From the IMG/VR virus record IMGVR_UViG_3300031908_000002, positions 2,337-66,336 of that record: a stretch of 64,000 nucleotides of DNA. One strand, given 5' to 3'. This document shows, piece by piece, positions 46,263 through 56,521 of this stretch. The DNA comes from a virus. Lineage: Duplodnaviria > Caudoviricetes. Position 1 is the first letter of the stretch. The number at the start of each line of letters is the position of its first letter. The notes below the pieces were generated by a model. It had not been told where the DNA came from. It worked only from the letters and a program-made list of their open reading frames with translations, and ran no database searches. A program made the translations under genes and the position numbers.

Positions 46263-46287
46263 CGCACGCCTGCACAAAGGTAGAGCC

Positions 46288-49200
46288 ATGCTTAAAATTC
46301 CTGGGATCGTCCTGCTCGACATCAAGGGACTGTTGATCCACTCGTACTTTCGCGGCAAAGACCCTGACGCCGTTCTCGACGCCAGCGGCACCCCAGTCAA
46401 CACCTCCGGTTTCGGCCTCCGTACCTTCATTGATGGGTACCTGCGGGGCATCCTCCAAGAGTTCGCCCCCCTGAACATCATTGCAGTTTGGGATGGTGGT
46501 ACGGACTATCGAACGTCGATCTTCCCCAACTACAAGGTCAAGCGGAAAGCCCGCGAGAAGAACGAAGCGCAGGAAGTCCAACTCGCTGACCTGTACAAGA
46601 AGGCGAAGGTGCTGCTGGCCTACATCGGCGCGCACAACGTCATCGTGGCAGGCACCGAAGCGGACGACGTGATCGGCGCGCTGGTCAAGCGGGTCAAGGG
46701 TGTACCGAAGCTGGTCTACACCGTTGACGGCGACCTCGTGCAACTGACCGCCGACGACTGCGTGGTTTTGGTCGGCGGCGAAGTGACCACCGAGTTCGAG
46801 GGCCATCCGCACCACCTGATTCGTCTGTACAAGTCGCTGGTGGGTGACACCTCCGACGAGTACGGCGGCGTGCCGCAGATCGGGCCAAAGGCGTTCCAGT
46901 TCCTGCTGGACACCTACGAGCTGGACGGGATGCAGGAGCTGGAAGCCTGTGTACGGGCCAACGACTTCAGCTATCTCAAGATGGCGGTTGAAGCCACCAA
47001 CTGCAAAGTGTTGAACAAGCTGTACGAAAACCGGGGCATCTGGCGGACCATGTACCTGCTGGCTGACCTCCACCCTGAGTTGTGTCACCGCGCTACGGCC
47101 AAAGAGATCATCCGGCCTGAGTGGTATGTCCGCATGGCGGACGCTGAGCGCGTGAAGCAAGTGCTGCATTCAGCAGGCGCGGACTACATGTTCGACCTGT
47201 TCGAGCCGTTCCTGCCCCGCTTCGCCCTGATCGAAGAAGAGGATGTCCCTGCTACTCTCGATCACTTTCGCAAAGCACTTTGCGAAACCCCCTACGTTCC
47301 TTTCGACTATGAAACCTATGACGCCCTCGGCAAGGACTGGAAGCCAGCCCTACCGGACGCCGCCAAAGGTGACTACGTTGACGTGCTCTCGCAGCGCCTG
47401 ACAGGCGGCTCGTTCTGCTATGGAGCAAACCTCCAGCACACCGTTTACGTCCCTGTTCAACACAAGGACACCGCGAATGCCCCAAGGGATACCCTCGCCC
47501 AGTTTCTGACGTTCATCGAAGAAGCTGAGCTGGACTACGTGGCGCACAACGCCCGCTTCGAGGAACAACTGTCGAAGCAGGACCTGAACTTCCAACTGGA
47601 AGGGCCTATCTGTACCCAGGTCCTTGCCAGCTACGTCGATGAAAACCAGTTCGCCGGCCTGAAGGACCAGACCGCCCTGTACTTCAGCTACGAGCAAACC
47701 CGCTTCAAAGACCTGTTGGAGCAGCACGGCGCCAAGGACATGCGCGACCTGACCGGTGAGCAGGTGCTGGCCTACGGCTGTGACGACTCCTATGTCTCCG
47801 GTCGCCTGTTCATGCTCCAGTACCTGACCCTCTGCCTTGAAGAGCAGTGGGACTTCGCCTACTACCGTGACCGTTTCACCTGTCACCCATTCAACCGGTC
47901 GTTTGAAACCGGCGTGATGATTGACTACGAAGAGATGGAGCGCCTGAAAGCGGCGGACCAGATCACCATCGACACCAACATGCTGCGCATCCGCGAGCTG
48001 CTGTCCGAGAACTGCCGTCAGCAGAATCCGGCAGGGGCGATGGAGCTCAAGCGTGCCGAGGGCGAGGCGCAGATTCGCCTGCACATGTCCAAGGAACTGA
48101 ACCGGGCGCAGGCTTCGGCCAAGCTGGCTGAGTCGGTGATTCGCTGGACCGAGGCCTCGGTGTACGTGCCGTTCACGTCCACGCACCGCCCTGAAGAGTT
48201 CATGCCGACCGCCAAGGGCTTCAGCCGCTGCGCCGAACTGGTGGGGATCAAGACCCCACTGGAGAAGCTGAGCGCTGCCGGCCTGACCGAGTGGCTGATC
48301 AGCATCAAGGCTGACCTGACCGCCGAGGGCGTAGACCCGCGTGCTGACAAGCTGGTCACCCTGTTTGCCGAGTGCGGCATGCAGGAGTTCAAGGAGCGGG
48401 CTGGTTCTGCCTTCAACGCGCTGAAGCAGTACGTCGAGGCCAACATCCTGCACGAGAGCGGCAAGGTGATCGAGTCAGGCTGCGAGCTGAACTTCGGTTC
48501 GGCCAAGCAAATGACCGAGATGCTTTACTGCATGCTGGCCTTGCCGGTACGCATCCGCACCTTCCCTGACCGTGGTTCGCAGCGCGACAAGCTGGGCCTG
48601 GAAGGTGCGCCAAGCACCAACGAAGAGGCGGTGATGGCTGCGCTGGCAGAGGACTGCCCTGAAGGTGACTGGCGCCGTGAGCTTTTGCAGAAGTTCCTTG
48701 AGGTCAAGGAATGCCAGACCCGCTTCTCCCTGTACTACAAGAAGTACCCGTTCTGGAAACACCCACGGGACGGCGCGGTTCACCCCGGCACTCGCAACTG
48801 CGGCACGATCACCCGTCGCCCTGCCGGTGCCAACCCGAACATGCTGGCCGTGTCCAAGGGTCCGCTGCGTGGTATCTACATCCCGCGCTTCCCGAGCCAC
48901 GTGTCGGTATCGCTCGACTTCTCCGGTGAAGAGCTGCGCATCACTGGCTCCGAAGCGAACGACCCGGTTCTGATTGAGGCCTACACAGGCCTGCCGAACT
49001 ACATCGACGAAGACGGCATGACTCGCGCCAACTTCCGCGACATCCACGCCATGACCGGCTGCACCTTCGCCAGTCACGTGCTGGAGCAGGAGCTGGGCAA
49101 GCGCATCCTCGACGAGCTGATCTGGAGCGAAACCGGCACGCTGGACTACGAGCTGTTCTGCAACCTGCTGGACCGCAAGAACCCGGTGTACGAACGCTTC

Positions 49201-49857
49201 GAGGTGGTTGGCGACAAGTTGCAGAAGACCGTCGTCAAGGTCAGGAAAATGGCCAAGACGGTAAACTTCCTGATCATCTATGGCGGTCAGGCGTTCTCCA
49301 TGGGCATGAAGCTGGGCATCCCTGAGCGGGCCGCGCAGAAGATCATCGACGGTGTGTTCGCCGGTTACCCGCGCCTTGGTGCGTGGCAGCAGGAGACCAT
49401 CGCAGAAGGTCGGACGCAGGGGTACATCACCACGTCCTACGGCACTCGCAAGCACTGCGACGTGAACATTCTCAGCCGGGAAGGCAGCCTGCGGGCACGC
49501 GCTGAGCGGCAGACGGTGAACCACAAGATTCAAGGGACGGCGGCGGACATCCTGAAGGTCGTGATGACCAACGCGCACCACACCCGCCTGTACGAAGAAA
49601 CCCGGTCGGTGCTGTACGCCCCGGTTTATGACGAGCTGACCAACTCGGTGCCAATCGACAATGTGTTCGAGTTCGTCGAGCGTGCGCAGGACCTGATGAA
49701 CATCACGCCTCCAGGCCACAAGATTCCGATGCTGGCAGAGGTGTCCATCGGCAGGAACTGGCACGAGGTTGCGGCCAACGAACTGCACGACCGGCCTTCT
49801 GAGAAGAAGATCGAGGCGCTGTTCGACACTTGGTACGCAGAGGGGTGGCGGCGATGA
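46288..49857 (+). CDS. polA: Family A DNA polymerase with 5'-3' and 3'-5' exonuclease domains
   Basis: EADDVIG, GDTSDEYGGVPQIGPK (FEN); FDYET, HNARFE, YGCDD (exo); DFSGEELR, AKTVNFLIIYG, VYDE (pol motifs A/B/C). Confidence 0.92.
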   Translation: MLKIPGIVLLDIKGLLIHSYFRGKDPDAVLDASGTPVNTSGFGLRTFIDGYLRGILQEFAPLNIIAVWDGGTDYRTSIFPNYKVKRKAREKNEAQEVQLADLYKKAKVLLAYIGAHNVIVAGTEADDVIGALVKRVKGVPKLVYTVDGDLVQLTADDCVVLVGGEVTTEFEGHPHHLIRLYKSLVGDTSDEYGGVPQIGPKAFQFLLDTYELDGMQELEACVRANDFSYLKMAVEATNCKVLNKLYENRGIWRTMYLLADLHPELCHRATAKEIIRPEWYVRMADAERVKQVLHSAGADYMFDLFEPFLPRFALIEEEDVPATLDHFRKALCETPYVPFDYETYDALGKDWKPALPDAAKGDYVDVLSQRLTGGSFCYGANLQHTVYVPVQHKDTANAPRDTLAQFLTFIEEAELDYVAHNARFEEQLSKQDLNFQLEGPICTQVLASYVDENQFAGLKDQTALYFSYEQTRFKDLLEQHGAKDMRDLTGEQVLAYGCDDSYVSGRLFMLQYLTLCLEEQWDFAYYRDRFTCHPFNRSFETGVMIDYEEMERLKAADQITIDTNMLRIRELLSENCRQQNPAGAMELKRAEGEAQIRLHMSKELNRAQASAKLAESVIRWTEASVYVPFTSTHRPEEFMPTAKGFSRCAELVGIKTPLEKLSAAGLTEWLISIKADLTAEGVDPRADKLVTLFAECGMQEFKERAGSAFNALKQYVEANILHESGKVIESGCELNFGSAKQMTEMLYCMLALPVRIRTFPDRGSQRDKLGLEGAPSTNEEAVMAALAEDCPEGDWRRELLQKFLEVKECQTRFSLYYKKYPFWKHPRDGAVHPGTRNCGTITRRPAGANPNMLAVSKGPLRGIYIPRFPSHVSVSLDFSGEELRITGSEANDPVLIEAYTGLPNYIDEDGMTRANFRDIHAMTGCTFASHVLEQELGKRILDELIWSETGTLDYELFCNLLDRKNPVYERFEVVGDKLQKTVVKVRKMAKTVNFLIIYGGQAFSMGMKLGIPERAAQKIIDGVFAGYPRLGAWQQETIAEGRTQGYITTSYGTRKHCDVNILSREGSLRARAERQTVNHKIQGTAADILKVVMTNAHHTRLYEETRSVLYAPVYDELTNSVPIDNVFEFVERAQDLMNITPPGHKIPMLAEVSIGRNWHEVAANELHDRPSEKKIEALFDTWYAEGWRR

Positions 49858-50174
49858 ACGAGCCGGTGGAGTCGATCAAGCAGCGGTATGAGCGGTTAGG
49901 TATCCGTGATGTCCATGAGCAGGTCCACAAGTTCACCGGCAAACATGGGCGGCTGCTTACGATAACCACCACGTTGTGGGATTACCGCGACTTTGGTGGT
50001 CAGGTGGTCGACCAACAGATTCTTCACCGCGACTACACCTTCAGTGGGATGTCGGTGCAGATGGCCGACACCATGATGGCTTACATCTTGGCCAAGGATT
50101 TCCAGCATGTTGTCGTTTTAATGGATAGCGAAAAAGAAGAAATGGGGGTGGTAGATGATCAAGTTAAACAGTGA
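49854..50174 (+). CDS. Hypothetical protein
   Basis: ATGA overlap. Confidence 0.55.
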   Translation: MNEPVESIKQRYERLGIRDVHEQVHKFTGKHGRLLTITTTLWDYRDFGGQVVDQQILHRDYTFSGMSVQMADTMMAYILAKDFQHVVVLMDSEKEEMGVVDDQVKQ

Positions 50175-51423
50175 CCAGCGCGAAGCCGTAGACGAGATGC
50201 ACGTCTTCGCCAAGGGGGTGGAGCCGTTCTTCCTGCTGCTGGGTAGTGCCGGTACCGGTAAGACCACCTGCGTGCAGACGTTCATCAGGGAGACCCGCCT
50301 GCGGGTAGCCCTCACAGCCCCAACCAACAAGGCTTCCAAGGTGCTGCGCGAGACTGCGCGGCAGGAGCTGGAAGGCACCATCGACGCCAGCACCATCTAC
50401 TCCCTGCTGGGTCTGCGCTTGGACAGCAACGGCGAGTGCCGCGAGATCACCGTCAACGAGGAAGGCAACAAGGCCAACCAGTACGACGTCATCGTGGTGG
50501 ACGAAGGCTCGATGGTGAACGACTCCCTGTTCGGCCACATCTGCCGTGCAGCGCGGGAGTTCGGCGTGAAGTTCCTGTTCATGGGCGACGGCTGCCAGTT
50601 GCCACCTGTTGGGCAGGAGCGCTCGCAGGTGCTGGACATCCGCTACTACCGCAAGCTGACCAAGGTGGAGCGTCACGACAACCAGATTCTGACCCTCGCC
50701 AACCACATCCGGTTGGTCCAGGCAGGGCAGGCGCACCTGTCGCTCGACTCGGACAACGACGAAAACGGCGGCGTCTACAAACTCAACTGGAAGGCGCTGC
50801 GCCGTCGTGCCTGCGAGGCGTTCACCTCGGACAGCTACAAGGCCAACCCTAACTCGTTCAAGGTCATCGCGTGGCGCAACGACACGGTGAAGTTCTACAA
50901 CGAACTGATCCGCGATGCGATGTATGGGCCGAAAATGGCTGCCGAGATGCCGTTCCACGAGGGTGAGCGGGTCGTCACCTGCCAGCCGATCATGGTGGGC
51001 GATGAGCTGGGCATGGCGACCGACGAGGAAGGCACCGTCGAGCACGTCGTCATCATGCAGCACCCGATCTACGGCAACCTGAAAGTCTACGCCATGACCA
51101 TCCAGCCGGACTTCTGGGATCAGTGGGTGGTTGGCTTCGTGGTCCACGAGGACAGCCGCCGCGACTACAACGCCATGCTCACCGAAATGTCGAACAGCGC
51201 CCGGATCGGCAACGGCTCTTGGGCAGCGTTCTGGGACTTGAAGGACTCGATCCACGACATTCGTCCGTGTCACGCGATCACTTCGCACCGGGCGCAGGGG
51301 TCGACCTACGACACCGTGTTCGTCGACACCGCCGACATCCTGTGCAACCAGAACACTCTGGAAGCACTGCAAAGCCTCTACGTTGCATGTTCTCGCCCAC
51401 GTCGCATTGCTGTTCTCTGCTAA
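50155..51423 (+). CDS. Dda/RecD-like SF1B helicase
   Basis: GSAGTGKTT, VVDEGSM, GDGCQLPPV, HAITSHRAQGSTY, LYVACSRP. Confidence 0.9.
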   Translation: MIKLNSDQREAVDEMHVFAKGVEPFFLLLGSAGTGKTTCVQTFIRETRLRVALTAPTNKASKVLRETARQELEGTIDASTIYSLLGLRLDSNGECREITVNEEGNKANQYDVIVVDEGSMVNDSLFGHICRAAREFGVKFLFMGDGCQLPPVGQERSQVLDIRYYRKLTKVERHDNQILTLANHIRLVQAGQAHLSLDSDNDENGGVYKLNWKALRRRACEAFTSDSYKANPNSFKVIAWRNDTVKFYNELIRDAMYGPKMAAEMPFHEGERVVTCQPIMVGDELGMATDEEGTVEHVVIMQHPIYGNLKVYAMTIQPDFWDQWVVGFVVHEDSRRDYNAMLTEMSNSARIGNGSWAAFWDLKDSIHDIRPCHAITSHRAQGSTYDTVFVDTADILCNQNTLEALQSLYVACSRPRRIAVLC

Positions 51424-51434
51424 GGAGTTACACC

Positions 51435-51944
51435 ATGTTCGAGTTCCTGCTGTCGTTGTTCCGCAAGAAGAAGAGTAAGCGCGATCTCGCAAAGGACTTT
51501 GCGAATGAAACGTCGGAACCGGTCTGGCCAAGGGAGGTTAGGCGGCCACAAATGCCACCTGTGAGGAATCCGAGGGCGGCGACACCACCGCCACCGCCGA
51601 AGTTTTCGTCAGCACCGCCACCACCGAGGTCAGCGTCGTCAAGTCCCAGGCCTGCGGATCGCAGCGGGCGCGACGACTACCTGATGAACCCGGCTCACCC
51701 GTTGAGCCCGTTGAACCCGATGAATCAGCCGGACACCCGCAGGGACGAACCGGACTGCGCGCCAGTTCGCTCCCACAGCACGCACCACAGTACGTCGAGG
51801 TCTGACGACGATTACACGCCTTCTCGCTCCCACAGCTCTTGCAGTTCCAGCAGCTACAGCAGCTACGGCGGCGACAGCAGTTCCAGCAGCAGTTCGAGTT
51901 GCGACAGCAGCTCCAGCAGCAGCTCCAGCAGTTCGTGTGATTGA
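51435..51944 (+). CDS. Pro-rich protein with Ser-rich tail, intragenic palindrome
   Basis: AAGGAG SD; ends ...GGDSSSSSSSSCDSSSSSSSSSSCD. Confidence 0.7.
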   Translation: MFEFLLSLFRKKKSKRDLAKDFANETSEPVWPREVRRPQMPPVRNPRAATPPPPPKFSSAPPPPRSASSSPRPADRSGRDDYLMNPAHPLSPLNPMNQPDTRRDEPDCAPVRSHSTHHSTSRSDDDYTPSRSHSSCSSSSYSSYGGDSSSSSSSSCDSSSSSSSSSSCD

Positions 51945-51953
51945 GGGAAGACC

Positions 51954-52448
51954 ATGGCCAAGACGCCGCAAGAGGTAGGGAAGGAGTTCGAGGAAGATTT
52001 CCGCCTGCTGTGCAAGGGGATCACCACCCGGCACCGGGCGGCGGTTCACCGTCTGTACGACGCACACTCGGCAGGCGGGTACATGCCGGAGCAGCCGGGG
52101 GATTTCTTCTTCTTGATGGAACAACACCTGCACCTGTTCGAGCTGAAGTCGAGCCACACGCACCAGACGCTGGTGAGTGGCTTGTCCTCGCTGATGAACA
52201 CCAGTCAGGCAGCACAACTCCGCTTTTGGGCGCGGGCCGGGGCAGTAACCCACGTCCTGTTCCTGTCGCAGCAGGACGGGGCAATTGAATTATGGTCAGG
52301 CGAGCACGTGGCTACGGTCCGTGCAAGTTACAGGGGGCGACTCAAGCCCGATGGGATCGTTATGCACTTCAAGAGTTTCAAGGAATTTAAGGCGGTCTTC
52401 GAGGCCGCTCTGATCGACAACCCGCGTTTCAGCGCAGCAGGGGCCTGA
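51954..52448 (+). CDS. RecU-like Holliday junction resolvase (PD-(D/E)xK)
   Basis: GKEFEEDF, QPGDFF, FELKS. Confidence 0.7.
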   Translation: MAKTPQEVGKEFEEDFRLLCKGITTRHRAAVHRLYDAHSAGGYMPEQPGDFFFLMEQHLHLFELKSSHTHQTLVSGLSSLMNTSQAAQLRFWARAGAVTHVLFLSQQDGAIELWSGEHVATVRASYRGRLKPDGIVMHFKSFKEFKAVFEAALIDNPRFSAAGA

Positions 52449-52449
52449 G

Positions 52450-53559
52450 ATGACCACAGTGATTACCGTCTACACCGATCCACACTTGGGCCGCACGATG
52501 CAGGCCCACACCACCGTCGCCAGCCGTGCGCGGTTGCGCGACACCATTTTCAAGACCGTGGACGACACCCTTCTGCGGACCGAGGCGGGCTGCTACAAGG
52601 TCTGCTTGGGCGACCTGTTCGACCAGTTCACCAACCCCGAGGTGGTGATTCAGCAGGGGCTGAGGATTGCCGAGAACAGCGACTACATCATGGCCGGCAA
52701 CCACGACGTCACCGCCGACAAGAACAAGGTCGGGAGCCTGGAGTTCCTGAGCCACCTGATGGAAGAGTACGAGTCCGACTGCAAAATCCTGCTGTCGGGC
52801 TTTGGTGAGTCGCGCTGCTACCTGAACTCGATTGCCGGCTTCGACTTCATTTTCGTGCCGCACCACACCACCGACGAGTTGTTCCAGCGCTCGCTGGATG
52901 ACGTGGCGGAGTGGGCGCACCAGCGCCGGATCACCCGCAGCGTGAAGCCCAAGGCGTACCTCTGCCTGCACTGCAACTACGACTCCGGGTTCGCCGTGGA
53001 CGAGACAGCCCTGTCGTTTACCCGCAAGCAGGCCAAGGATTTGCTGGACGCAGGGATCGACTACATCCTGATCGGGCACGACCACCACCCCCGTGAGGAC
53101 TTCGAGGGCAGGGTGATCATCCTCGGCAACATGCACCCGACTGGTTTTGGGGACATCACCCCCAAGCGCGTGCTGGAGATCAAGGCGGACGGCGGGCATG
53201 AGTTCCGTACCATCTGGTCGCCGGAGGGCAAGTACGTCCAGCTCGACGCCGAGGCCTTGATCGGGGGCATGCCTGAGACAGTCCCGCAGGGGGTCCAGTT
53301 CATTGAGGTGGTGGGTAAGCTCCCACCAGAACACGTGATGCACATGGCCAAGGCGATCCGTGGCCTGTGGACCTGCTACGAGCCGCTGGCGATCCGCAAC
53401 AAGGCGGAGATCGTCAAGGCCACGGGTGGTGACGCGGTGTCCTACGACTTCCAATCCATCGACAAGGTGGTGATGGATGACCTCAAGGGCATGCCTGACC
53501 TGCTCGATCTGTTCCTGTCGTTCTGGGGCCGCACGCTGGCCGGGTTGGGAGAAGACTGA
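52450..53559 (+). CDS. sbcD: SbcD/Mre11-like metallophosphoesterase nuclease
   Basis: TDPHLG, LGDLFD, AGNHD, IGHDH. Confidence 0.88.
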   Translation: MTTVITVYTDPHLGRTMQAHTTVASRARLRDTIFKTVDDTLLRTEAGCYKVCLGDLFDQFTNPEVVIQQGLRIAENSDYIMAGNHDVTADKNKVGSLEFLSHLMEEYESDCKILLSGFGESRCYLNSIAGFDFIFVPHHTTDELFQRSLDDVAEWAHQRRITRSVKPKAYLCLHCNYDSGFAVDETALSFTRKQAKDLLDAGIDYILIGHDHHPREDFEGRVIILGNMHPTGFGDITPKRVLEIKADGGHEFRTIWSPEGKYVQLDAEALIGGMPETVPQGVQFIEVVGKLPPEHVMHMAKAIRGLWTCYEPLAIRNKAEIVKATGGDAVSYDFQSIDKVVMDDLKGMPDLLDLFLSFWGRTLAGLGED

Positions 53560-53789
53560 TGCTGGTAGAGGTGTGGTGCGAACTGACCTGCGCCTTCTGC
53601 CAGACGGCGCTGGAAGGCCAATACGTGCAAGGCGAGTTCATTCCGAGGGAGCAGATGCTGCGCGCTGCCCTTGAGCGTGGACGGGCAGTGAACCTCGAAG
53701 GCGAGGTTTTCTGTGACGCACGCTGCCGCGTGCAACTGACGAAACGCCGAGTGGAACAAAGGGGAAGGGACAATGTTAAAGAAGCTTGA
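53559..53789 (+). CDS. Small Cys-motif protein
   Basis: CAFC...CDARC. Confidence 0.55.
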   Translation: MLVEVWCELTCAFCQTALEGQYVQGEFIPREQMLRAALERGRAVNLEGEVFCDARCRVQLTKRRVEQRGRDNVKEA

Positions 53790-56010
53790 GCTGAACTATT
53801 TCAAGAAACACGAGTACCTGACGGTGGACTTTGCCGAGGGTCTGAACGGCATCACCGGCCCGAACTACAAGGGCAAGAGCACCATCCTGCTGGGCATCCT
53901 GTTCTGCCTTGGCGGTTCGCGCATGGTTCCAGGCAGCCGCATCGCCACCCGTGGCACCAACGCAGGCTTCCGCCAGACCCTGTGGTTCGCCATCCCCGGC
54001 AAGGGGGATTACATCGTCCAGCGCACCAAGACCGCCGCCAACCTGAAACGGCTGGATGCAGCAGGGCTGGAAGAGCTGGTCGCCAGCGGCACCACCCCGG
54101 TGAACAACGCCATCGCTGAGTTGCTGGGCATGCCGCTGCGCCGATTCGCGCAGATCAAGTACGCCAAGCAGAAGGCTGCCGACGCGATCCTCAAGGCCGG
54201 CTCCGGCGAGCTGTTCAAGATCGTGACCGAGCTGACCGGGCTGGAACGGATCATGTCCGTGCTGTCCCTGCTGGACAACGACCTGAAGGTGCATCGCCAC
54301 ATCGTTGAGCTGACGCCAGAGATCGACGTTGCGCCGAAGCAGGCCACGCAGGAGGCCTGCCGCACTGAGCTGGAGAAGGCCACCGTTCTGCTGGAGAAGG
54401 ACAACGCCGCCCTGAAGAAGTTGAGCGGGGAGCTGGAGGAAGCAGAGATGGAGGAACGCCGCCTGAACAAGGTCCGTTCCGAGCTGCACGACGCCAAGCG
54501 TGAGATGAACTACGCCAACCTGACCATGGACACCGCCTGCCATCGCTACACCGCCGTGAAGGACAAGCTGACCGAACTTCAGATCGAGTCGATCAAGCTG
54601 TGCGGCGGCGAGGACAAGGTGCTGGCTGACAGCATCGTCAGGCTGGCCAACGGTCGTGCCAATCTCGTTGAGCAGGAACGCCAGAGCCGTGCGCTGAGCA
54701 TCGAGGTAGCGACCCTGACTCGTGAGTGTAAAGGCCTGACCGATGGGGAGGACAAGCTGGAGATGGAATTGCAGCTCGCCACCAACCTGCTGAACTCGCG
54801 GCCACAGCCTGACCTCGCTGCGCAGGCGCTCGTTGAGCACGAGTTGAACGCGCTGAAGGGCGCTCGCCCTGAGTTCGTCCACCGGCTCCGGCACGCCCGC
54901 GCCACCGTGGATCAAGGGGTGTGTGACGGTTGCCAGCGCCCAATGGAGGACTTCAACCCAGAGGAAGCGCAGCGGGCTGTCGTCAAAGCCACCAGCGACC
55001 TGTCAGTGCTGGACGAGCGGGTCAAAGAGTTGCACGAGCGCTGGAACCAGATTGAGCAAGAGCAGCACGCCGTGAACCGCGCTCAGGATGACGTGCGCCG
55101 CAAGAACCTCGCGCTGGAGGACTTCCGTTCGCACGCGGGCAAACTGCGCCACTCGCTGGCGTTGAAGTCGCTGGAGTTGGCACCCCTGCCAAACGCCGAG
55201 AACCTCAAGGAAGAACTGGCCGCGCTGGACGAATTGCTGGAGCACTCGCGCCAACTGTCGCGCAACCTGAGCAACACGATGGGCGAGCTGAAGGACACCG
55301 AAAGGGTTGCCGAGGACGCCAGCGCTCTGCACGCCAAGGCCCAGGCCACCCACGACGCGCTGCTGAAAACGCACAACGTGTTCCACGTGGAACATGCAGG
55401 CGAATTGCTGGAGCAGATGCAGAAGCACCGGGCGGACATCCGCAAGCTGTACGACGAAATCATGGTTGACCGGGATAAGAACCGGGAGCGCACCGGCCAC
55501 CTGATGACGCAGGTGCAACTGCTGGAGCAGGAGATCGCCAACGGCTTGGCCAACAACGCCAAGTACGAAGAGGCGCTGGTGAAGGTGTCGGCCATGGAAC
55601 AGTTGCGCGACCTGATCCGAGGCAACCGCGACCGCTACTCCAAGCAGGTGTGGAACGTGTTCATGGCTTCGGCCAGCCTGTTCGCCAGCACCCTGACCGC
55701 TGGCTACATGGAGCAGTTGAGCCGTGACAGCGAAGGCGCGTTTACCTTCTTCGAGGAAGGCTTCGAGATGAGCCTTGAGGAAGGGTCAGGTGCCCAGCTC
55801 GCCATCATCGGCTGCGCTGTGCAGATGGCACTGGCAGAGGCGGCGCAATGTCCGCTGGACGTGATCCTGATGGACGAACCGACTGCCGACATGGACCCGG
55901 AACACGCCTTGGCGTTCTCCACCCTGCTGGCGGCGAGCGGCAAACAGGTGATCATGGTCAGCCACCGGGAACTGGATTCCTCGGTATTCAACCACTCGAT
56001 CACGCTCTGA
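53773..56010 (+). CDS. sbcC: SbcC/Rad50-like SMC ATPase
   Basis: Walker A GPNYKGKST, coiled coil with CDGC hook, GSGAQ signature, LMDEPTADMD. Confidence 0.9.
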   Translation: MLKKLELNYFKKHEYLTVDFAEGLNGITGPNYKGKSTILLGILFCLGGSRMVPGSRIATRGTNAGFRQTLWFAIPGKGDYIVQRTKTAANLKRLDAAGLEELVASGTTPVNNAIAELLGMPLRRFAQIKYAKQKAADAILKAGSGELFKIVTELTGLERIMSVLSLLDNDLKVHRHIVELTPEIDVAPKQATQEACRTELEKATVLLEKDNAALKKLSGELEEAEMEERRLNKVRSELHDAKREMNYANLTMDTACHRYTAVKDKLTELQIESIKLCGGEDKVLADSIVRLANGRANLVEQERQSRALSIEVATLTRECKGLTDGEDKLEMELQLATNLLNSRPQPDLAAQALVEHELNALKGARPEFVHRLRHARATVDQGVCDGCQRPMEDFNPEEAQRAVVKATSDLSVLDERVKELHERWNQIEQEQHAVNRAQDDVRRKNLALEDFRSHAGKLRHSLALKSLELAPLPNAENLKEELAALDELLEHSRQLSRNLSNTMGELKDTERVAEDASALHAKAQATHDALLKTHNVFHVEHAGELLEQMQKHRADIRKLYDEIMVDRDKNRERTGHLMTQVQLLEQEIANGLANNAKYEEALVKVSAMEQLRDLIRGNRDRYSKQVWNVFMASASLFASTLTAGYMEQLSRDSEGAFTFFEEGFEMSLEEGSGAQLAIIGCAVQMALAEAAQCPLDVILMDEPTADMDPEHALAFSTLLAASGKQVIMVSHRELDSSVFNHSITL

Positions 56011-56018
56011 GGTGGGTC

Positions 56019-56309
56019 ATGGCCTGCTATGTTCTAAGTGCATGGGAGTTTGGAGAGCTGCTGACGGCGTACAAGCAGGATCAGGAGGAAGAGGCCCGGA
56101 GTCGTGAAGACTACCTCGGCCCCTTCCGGGCCATCCAGACGCCGCAGCTCATGATCTCGCTGAAGTTCTGGTGCAAGGCCCGCGAGCTGTTGCGGGACAG
56201 GGGTGAACCCATCCCTGCTGAGTTCAAGCCACTGATTTGGCTTACCCCCGGCTCACCTGACCGCCTCCCGCGCTACCATCTGACGACCGCGCAAGGAGAA
56301 ACACCATGA
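56019..56309 (+). CDS. Hypothetical protein
   Basis: GAGG SD. Confidence 0.6.
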   Translation: MACYVLSAWEFGELLTAYKQDQEEEARSREDYLGPFRAIQTPQLMISLKFWCKARELLRDRGEPIPAEFKPLIWLTPGSPDRLPRYHLTTAQGETP

Positions 56310-56521
56310 GTGACTGGACCGACAACGCCTCAGAGCTGGAGATGTTGCAGACTCAAGTGGCCATTGAAAGGCAGCGCAAGGCAGGACAGGAGCTGGAAGA
56401 GGTACTGAGTACCGCCGCCGGCCACTGCCTGAATTGCGAAGAACCTTTGGAGCAGGGCCGCTTCTGCGATGCGGATTGTCGAGAGGATTTTCAGAAGCGA
56501 CTCAAGTTCAAGGGACGTTGA
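56306..56521 (+). CDS. TraR/DksA-like C4 zinc-finger protein
   Basis: MSDWTDNASELE...CLNCEEPL...RFCDADCREDF. Confidence 0.75.
   Translation: MSDWTDNASELEMLQTQVAIERQRKAGQELEEVLSTAAGHCLNCEEPLEQGRFCDADCREDFQKRLKFKGR

Noticed and set aside
29064-49788. Long minus-strand ORFs (29064..30554, 40830..42044, 42198..43823, 43732..45579, 48475..49788)
   Set aside because: Antisense to clearly recognisable plus-strand genes
46288-49857. Intein or intron in the unusually long polA
   Set aside because: No C/S...HN-C/S/T splice junctions or LAGLIDADG blocks seen; length is explained by FEN, exo and pol domains plus an insert
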